Assembly (NCBI GenBank): GCA_029856045.1
Contig: JAHQWG010000044.1
Location: 1-20,781 of the forward strand
DNA: 20,781 bases
From: Promethearchaeia archaeon
GTDB taxonomy: Archaea; Asgardarchaeota; Lokiarchaeia; Sigyniarchaeales; SOKP01
Reading direction: 5' to 3'
In this document: in pieces, positions 16,532-20,781 of the stretch
Layout of the letters: each line of letters opens with the position of its first letter
Position numbering within the stretch: the first letter of the stretch is position 1
Program-made: the position numbers and the translations under genes
The notes under the pieces: generated by a model
Database searches by the model: none
Seen by the model: only the letters and a program-made list of their open reading frames with translations
What the model was told of the DNA's origin: nothing

Positions 16532-16963
16532 ATGAAAAATCAACAAGATCTCCAGCGCCAACTCCAAAACCTAAATTTCCTACAACAACAATTCGAATCT
16601 TTAAAAAACCAGATTGAAATTATCGATAATTCCCTACATTTAGTAAAAACTACTAAAAAAACAATAGAAGGTCTTACAGAACTTAAATCAGGAGATGAGA
16701 TAGTTGTTCCAATTGGAGGAATGGCTTATATTAAAGCTAATACTTTAGAACCTAATAAAATTCTTATGTATGTAGGCTCGGATGTTATTATTGAAAAAAA
16801 CTATGAAGAAAGTACTAAGTACATTGATGAGTTAATAAAACGTCACAATGAACAAAGAGAGTTATTAGAAAATCAATATATACAGTTAGATGCCCATATA
16901 AAATCAATAACACCAAGAGTACAACAACAACTGAGCCAATTTCAAGATGGTCTTCAAAAATAA
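16532..16963 (+). CDS. pfdA: Prefoldin subunit alpha
   Basis: Coiled coils flanking EIVVPIGGMAYIKA and ILMYVGSDVIIEK hairpins; ATG 16532 preferred to GTG 16523. Confidence 0.93.
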   Translation: MKNQQDLQRQLQNLNFLQQQFESLKNQIEIIDNSLHLVKTTKKTIEGLTELKSGDEIVVPIGGMAYIKANTLEPNKILMYVGSDVIIEKNYEESTKYIDELIKRHNEQRELLENQYIQLDAHIKSITPRVQQQLSQFQDGLQK

Positions 16964-17004
16964 ATAAAAATGATATTTTTTAGTGGAAGAAACCAATTTA
17001 AATC

Positions 17005-17919
17005 ATGCTGGAAAACCTAAGAAAGAGTTTATCCTCGTATGTTGAGAAAATTTCAAAAAAAACTTTATCACTTGAAAAGACAGAAAAACCGCTTAACACC
17101 TTAAAACTAATTTTATTGCAAAATGATGTTGCCCTAGATGTTGCAGAGAGGGTTTGTGCGTTAGTGAATGAAACTCTTGAAAATGAAATTGTTGGCCGAT
17201 TTAAATCTACTAAAAATTTAGTGAATTTTGCACTTAAAGATGCTATTTTTAAAATTCTTGATGTGAAACCTATTGATTTACTAAATGACATTGAAAAAAT
17301 AAATAATCAAGGCAAGCCATACATTATATGTTTTCTTGGTGTTAACGGTACAGGAAAAACTACTACAATTGCTAAGCTTGGAACATATTTAAAGAAACAC
17401 GGCTTGAGATGCGTTGTAGCTGCTAGTGATACATTTCGAGCTGGAGCAATTGAACAACTATTAGAACATATGAATAACGTTGGAATTAAGGTAATTAAAC
17501 ATGATTACAAATCAGATCCCGCCTCAGTAGCATATGATACTGTGGAACATGCGGCTGCAAAAAGTATAAATGTTGTTATGATAGATACTAGCGGCAGACA
17601 AGTTAGTAATAAAAACCTTATGAATGAAATGAAAAAAATTGTGAGAGTTGTTGAGCCTCATTTGGTTCTATTTATAGGAGATAGTCTTGCTGGAAATGAT
17701 GCCTTAAAACAAGCCAAAAAGTTTAATGAAGAAGTTGGAATTGATGCCTCAATTTTAACCAAATTAGATGCGGATGCAAAAGGAGGTGCAGCATTATCAA
17801 TTGTGTTTGAAACTAAGAAACCTATTCTCGCAATAGGAATTGGTCAAGGTTATGATGATATAGAATTATTTGATGTAAATACCTTCCTTGAAGAAATATT
17901 TAGTTTAGACTTGGCTTAA
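17005..17919 (+). CDS. ftsY: SRP receptor FtsY
   Basis: GVNGTGKTTTIAKL, DTFRAGAIEQL, DTSGR, TKLDADAKGG, GIGQGYDD. Confidence 0.97.
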   Translation: MLENLRKSLSSYVEKISKKTLSLEKTEKPLNTLKLILLQNDVALDVAERVCALVNETLENEIVGRFKSTKNLVNFALKDAIFKILDVKPIDLLNDIEKINNQGKPYIICFLGVNGTGKTTTIAKLGTYLKKHGLRCVVAASDTFRAGAIEQLLEHMNNVGIKVIKHDYKSDPASVAYDTVEHAAAKSINVVMIDTSGRQVSNKNLMNEMKKIVRVVEPHLVLFIGDSLAGNDALKQAKKFNEEVGIDASILTKLDADAKGGAALSIVFETKKPILAIGIGQGYDDIELFDVNTFLEEIFSLDLA

Positions 17920-18017
17920 TAAAATAATGAAACATTTCAGAAATTAATTTAAATTATAAGTAATAATTATTTTAATAAAAAATAGATTTAAATAACGATA
18001 AACCTTCATGATAAATT

Positions 18018-18245
18018 ATGAGTAAATATGAATCTCTAGCAAAATCAGAATCTTCGATTAAAGAAAGAATAAATAGTTTCCTTCAAAGTACAAAAAGAAT
18101 AATTAAAGTTGCAACTAAGCCATCCAAAAAAGATTATTGGCTTGTAACGAAAATATGTTTGATAGGTATGGTGATACTTGGAGCAATTTCCTATGTTATT
18201 CAGTTATTGTTCTCAATTTTATCCCAATTGTTGGGTTTTGTTTAA
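18018..18245 (+). CDS. secE: Protein translocase SecE/Sec61-gamma
   Basis: RIIKVATKPSKKDYW followed by a single C-terminal TM helix. Confidence 0.93.
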   Translation: MSKYESLAKSESSIKERINSFLQSTKRIIKVATKPSKKDYWLVTKICLIGMVILGAISYVIQLLFSILSQLLGFV

Positions 18246-18348
18246 TCTTCCTTCTTTTAATTGCTATTTAATTCTGTTTTAAAAAAATTATCAGGCTTTA
18301 AAGTTATTTATTTAATGAATTGGAATTTAATAGAGAATTTCGATTTTT

Positions 18349-18774
18349 ATGAAAATTAAGGTTAATTGGATTAATGATTTTGGTTTTACGGCAGAAGTTA
18401 GACATTTTAAAAATGTATTAATAGATGAACCTCTCTCTTTTAAGGGAAATGATCGAGGACCAAGTCCTGTTGAATATATATTAATTGGAATTGGCAGTTG
18501 TTTAGGTGCTTCATTTATTCACTGCTGTAAGATTAATAATTTTGAAATACAAAAACTAAATATTGTTGTAGATGGTAAAATGACTCATAGAAAACCTTAT
18601 AATCATTTAGAATTAGCATATGTAAATGTAGAATTAAATATTATTCATTTTGAAGAAAAAACAAATGAAAAATTTGAAAAATGCCTTGAAATTTTTAGAG
18701 AATACTGTGTAGTTTCAAACTCCCTTATAAGAGGGCTGCCTATTAATGTAAATATCAAGCAAGATTTCCGATAG
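18349..18774 (+). CDS. OsmC/Ohr family protein
   Basis: DEP...G.DRGPSPVE.IL...GSC and YCVVSNSL two-Cys pattern. Confidence 0.92.
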   Translation: MKIKVNWINDFGFTAEVRHFKNVLIDEPLSFKGNDRGPSPVEYILIGIGSCLGASFIHCCKINNFEIQKLNIVVDGKMTHRKPYNHLELAYVNVELNIIHFEEKTNEKFEKCLEIFREYCVVSNSLIRGLPINVNIKQDFR

Positions 18775-18836
18775 TTGGTCGCACTCTGTCAACTTAGTTG
18801 TCGTTCATTTTTTTAAAAAAAATAATTTCTGAATTA

Positions 18837-20086
18837 TTAAATCTTCAATACTTTTATTTGTCTCGGAATTTTCAAATCTTCTTCTGTTCCAACGCAAATT
18901 ATTGAATTTATTTTCATATTTACTGCCAAGGAAATTAGTCTTTTAGATAAAATACCATCTATTATTAAGTATTTTATATTTGAAAATTCACTCAAATTAT
19001 CAAATAATTCTGCAGTATTTAATTCAAAAAGAACATTTTCCTGTGAGTCAATTCCAATTGCTTTTTTTGTTCCTACAGAATTAGAAATATACTCACTAAT
19101 TTTTGATCCTTTATCGAGTTTCAATATTTTTAAAATATTTTTATATTTATTCTTCGAATCTTTTATTTTTTTTTCAATTATTGGTTTCCTTTTACGTGAT
19201 GTATCTACTGATGAATTTTTATTATTAATAATTTCTGAAATTGCTCTCTTATTTTGAAGTGCTTTAACCATCTGTTTTCTTGTTAATTCTTCAACTTCAA
19301 GACCATCAGGAGCTCTTGCAACATAATCAAGGTGTGCTACTTGCAATAATTCATTTAATATTATTGTGCCTCCCCGGTCTCCATCTAAAAAAGCAGTAAT
19401 TGGGCTTTTATTATGAGTTAATTCAATTATTGACTTAGGAATTTGAGTACCTTCCACTGCAATAGCATTTTTGATATCTATACGCAGTAAATTTAAGACA
19501 TCTGCTCTTCCTTCAACTATTAAGAGATCTTGGCTAATATCAACATCAGGACCTGCAGGTAAATTTTCATCTCCCCATTTTTTAATTTCACTAAGCCTAA
19601 TATCTTGAGAAATTTGCTCTTCAATTTCCCTTGGCTCGGGACTATTTTCATCCCATTTTTTTAATAACTCTGTGGCTCGTTCAATAATTTGTTTTCTTTT
19701 GTTTTCGCGAATATCTTTGATATCTTTAAGGTCAATTTGTGCGGAACAAGGACCTACACGACTTACGGTTTCTATTGTCGCTGCCAATAAAACGGTCTCT
19801 TTTCTTGTTAGACTTGATGGTATAATTATTTTACCTTTAGAAATTCCCTCTTCGGTCGTTAATTCGACCTCAATTCTTCCTATTCTCCCACTTTTTTGTA
19901 AATCCCTTAAGTCTAAATCCGATAAAAGACCTTCGGTTTAGGCGATATGACCGAAGTGGCTATTTATCTTTGCCCAAAAATGGCACCGACAATATCGCTC
20001 TTTTCAACCACTCCATTTACTTTATAATTTGCTATGATATGGTATTTCGTAGTGAAATTAGAAGTATAATGATCATTATCTGAAAT
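18837..20086 (-). CDS. dnaG: Archaeal DnaG (exosome-associated, TOPRIM); two exons, join(20086..19970, 19937..18837), ~405 aa, probable ATT start
   Basis: Exon 1 ..KYHIIANYKVNGVVEKSDIVGAIFGQ; exon 2 TEGLLSDLDLRDLQKSGRIGRIEV..RVGPC..IVEGRADVLNLL..AFLDGDRGG; SD-like GAGGAGTGTGA (20104-20094) 7 nt before ATT. Confidence 0.9.
19938..19969 (-). other. Putative 32-nt BHB/BHL-type mRNA intron in dnaG
   Basis: GGGC-AA^A-GATA...TATC-GCCT-AA^A; cleavage after the 2nd bulge nucleotide on each strand rejoins CAA|ACC (Gln|Thr) in frame. Confidence 0.85.
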
Positions 20087-20600
20087 TATTTAATCACACT
20101 CCTCTTTTTTTGTAATTTAATTTTTATCTAAATTTTTCAATTTTTAAATGAATAATATATAATAGTGAAATAATTTTGATTTATACTAATTTCGTCATAT
20201 AAATTATTTTTATTAACAATATTAAAGTAGAACTTTTCAAATTTATTTTTTTGGAATTTAAATTCAAATTTACCTAATACTTAGGTATTATTCTATTATT
20301 TAATTTTTAAATGAAAATATTAATATTATGTATTGGGATGAGAAAATAATTGAAAAGATATTTACAACTCACATTCATAAAAATTTTAAGACAATATATA
20401 AAACAAATTTTGGTAGATTCTATCTCTATTTTAAAAAGGATAATGAAAATGAAATCTCTGGTAGAGTTGTTTTTTTTCCTTCATCTTATTGAAATTCTCC
20501 TAATATTTTTATTAAACCAGTTAAAAAAAATAACAATCTTAAAATTAGGAAACAATTTTTATAGATTCACCTCTTTTTTATTCCAACAAAGTAATTATAT

Positions 20601-20781
20601 ATGACTGGAAATAATTTGATAGAATACTTACTGGTGTTTGGTGGGAAAGGAGGGGTAGGAAAAAGTTCTATTAGCAGTGCCACTGCGGTTAAAGTATCTG
20701 ATCTATTACCAAATAAAAAGATTCTTTTGATCTCCTTTGATATTGCTCATAATTTGACTGATTTATTTGGAGTTAAGATAG
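20601..20781 (+). CDS. ArsA/Get3-family ATPase (5' part, truncated by window edge)
   Basis: Manual translation MTGNNLIEYLLVFGGKGGVGKSSISSATAV...KKILLISFDIAHNLTDLFG; deviant Walker A plus DxAH motif. Confidence 0.88.
   Translation, partial: MTGNNLIEYLLVFGGKGGVGKSSISSATAVKVSDLLPNKKILLISFDIAHNLTDLFGVKI

Noticed and set aside
18837-19787. ORF-track 316-aa dnaG starting at TTG 19787, or dnaG as a pseudogene
   Set aside because: Conserved DnaG sequence continues 50 codons upstream in frame and 39 more beyond the insert. There are no other lesions, and the insert has exact splice geometry.
13275-19941. ORFs 13275(+), 14080(-), 16296(-), 16998(-) and 19672(+)
   Set aside because: Antisense to well-supported conserved genes
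20105-20600. ~500-bp very AT-rich gap as a replication origin
   Set aside because: No ORB-like repeats or adjacent cdc6/orc1; only a small inverted repeat (TACCTAA/TTAGGTA)
20350-20604. 84-aa TTG ORF upstream of the ArsA-like gene
   Set aside because: Low-complexity Ile/Leu/Lys/Phe product typical of AT-rich non-coding DNA

Overview
Very AT-rich archaeal chromosomal window. It is most likely Asgard/Lokiarchaeia-like, which I infer from archaeal ribosomal genes, a roadblock-type protein, two SCP2 paralogues and near-cognate start codons. The left half is accessory: an Fe-alcohol dehydrogenase, a putative HEPN protein, two SCP2 proteins, a roadblock-like protein, three tandem paralogous coiled-coil genes, and a 773-aa protein with three I-Ssp6803I-like PD-(D/E)XK domains. 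The right half is the conserved translation cluster: yhbY-rnp4-nep1 divergent from rps19e-PDCD5-rpl39e-rpl31e-eIF6-rpl18a-pfdA-ftsY-secE, then OsmC, dnaG and a partial ArsA/Get3 ATPase. There are four tRNA genes: Asp, Arg, Phe and Gly. Three of them carry four bulge-helix-bulge (BHB) introns, all at non-canonical positions (15/16, 20b/21 and twice 52/53). The main finding is that archaeal dnaG is split in its most conserved motif (GAIFGQ^TEGL) by a 32-nt insertion containing stop codons. The insertion folds as a BHB/BHL splice substrate, and cleavage at the standard positions exactly restores the reading frame, making it a candidate protein-coding (mRNA) intron. The two T-arm tRNA introns are clearly homologous (21/30 identical, with compensatory changes), and the dnaG intron shares their central CC-RYYTC-GG hairpin in the same register. 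Together this suggests a family of mobile BHB introns spreading among tRNAs and into an mRNA. All of this was read by eye; no searches or folding programs were run.
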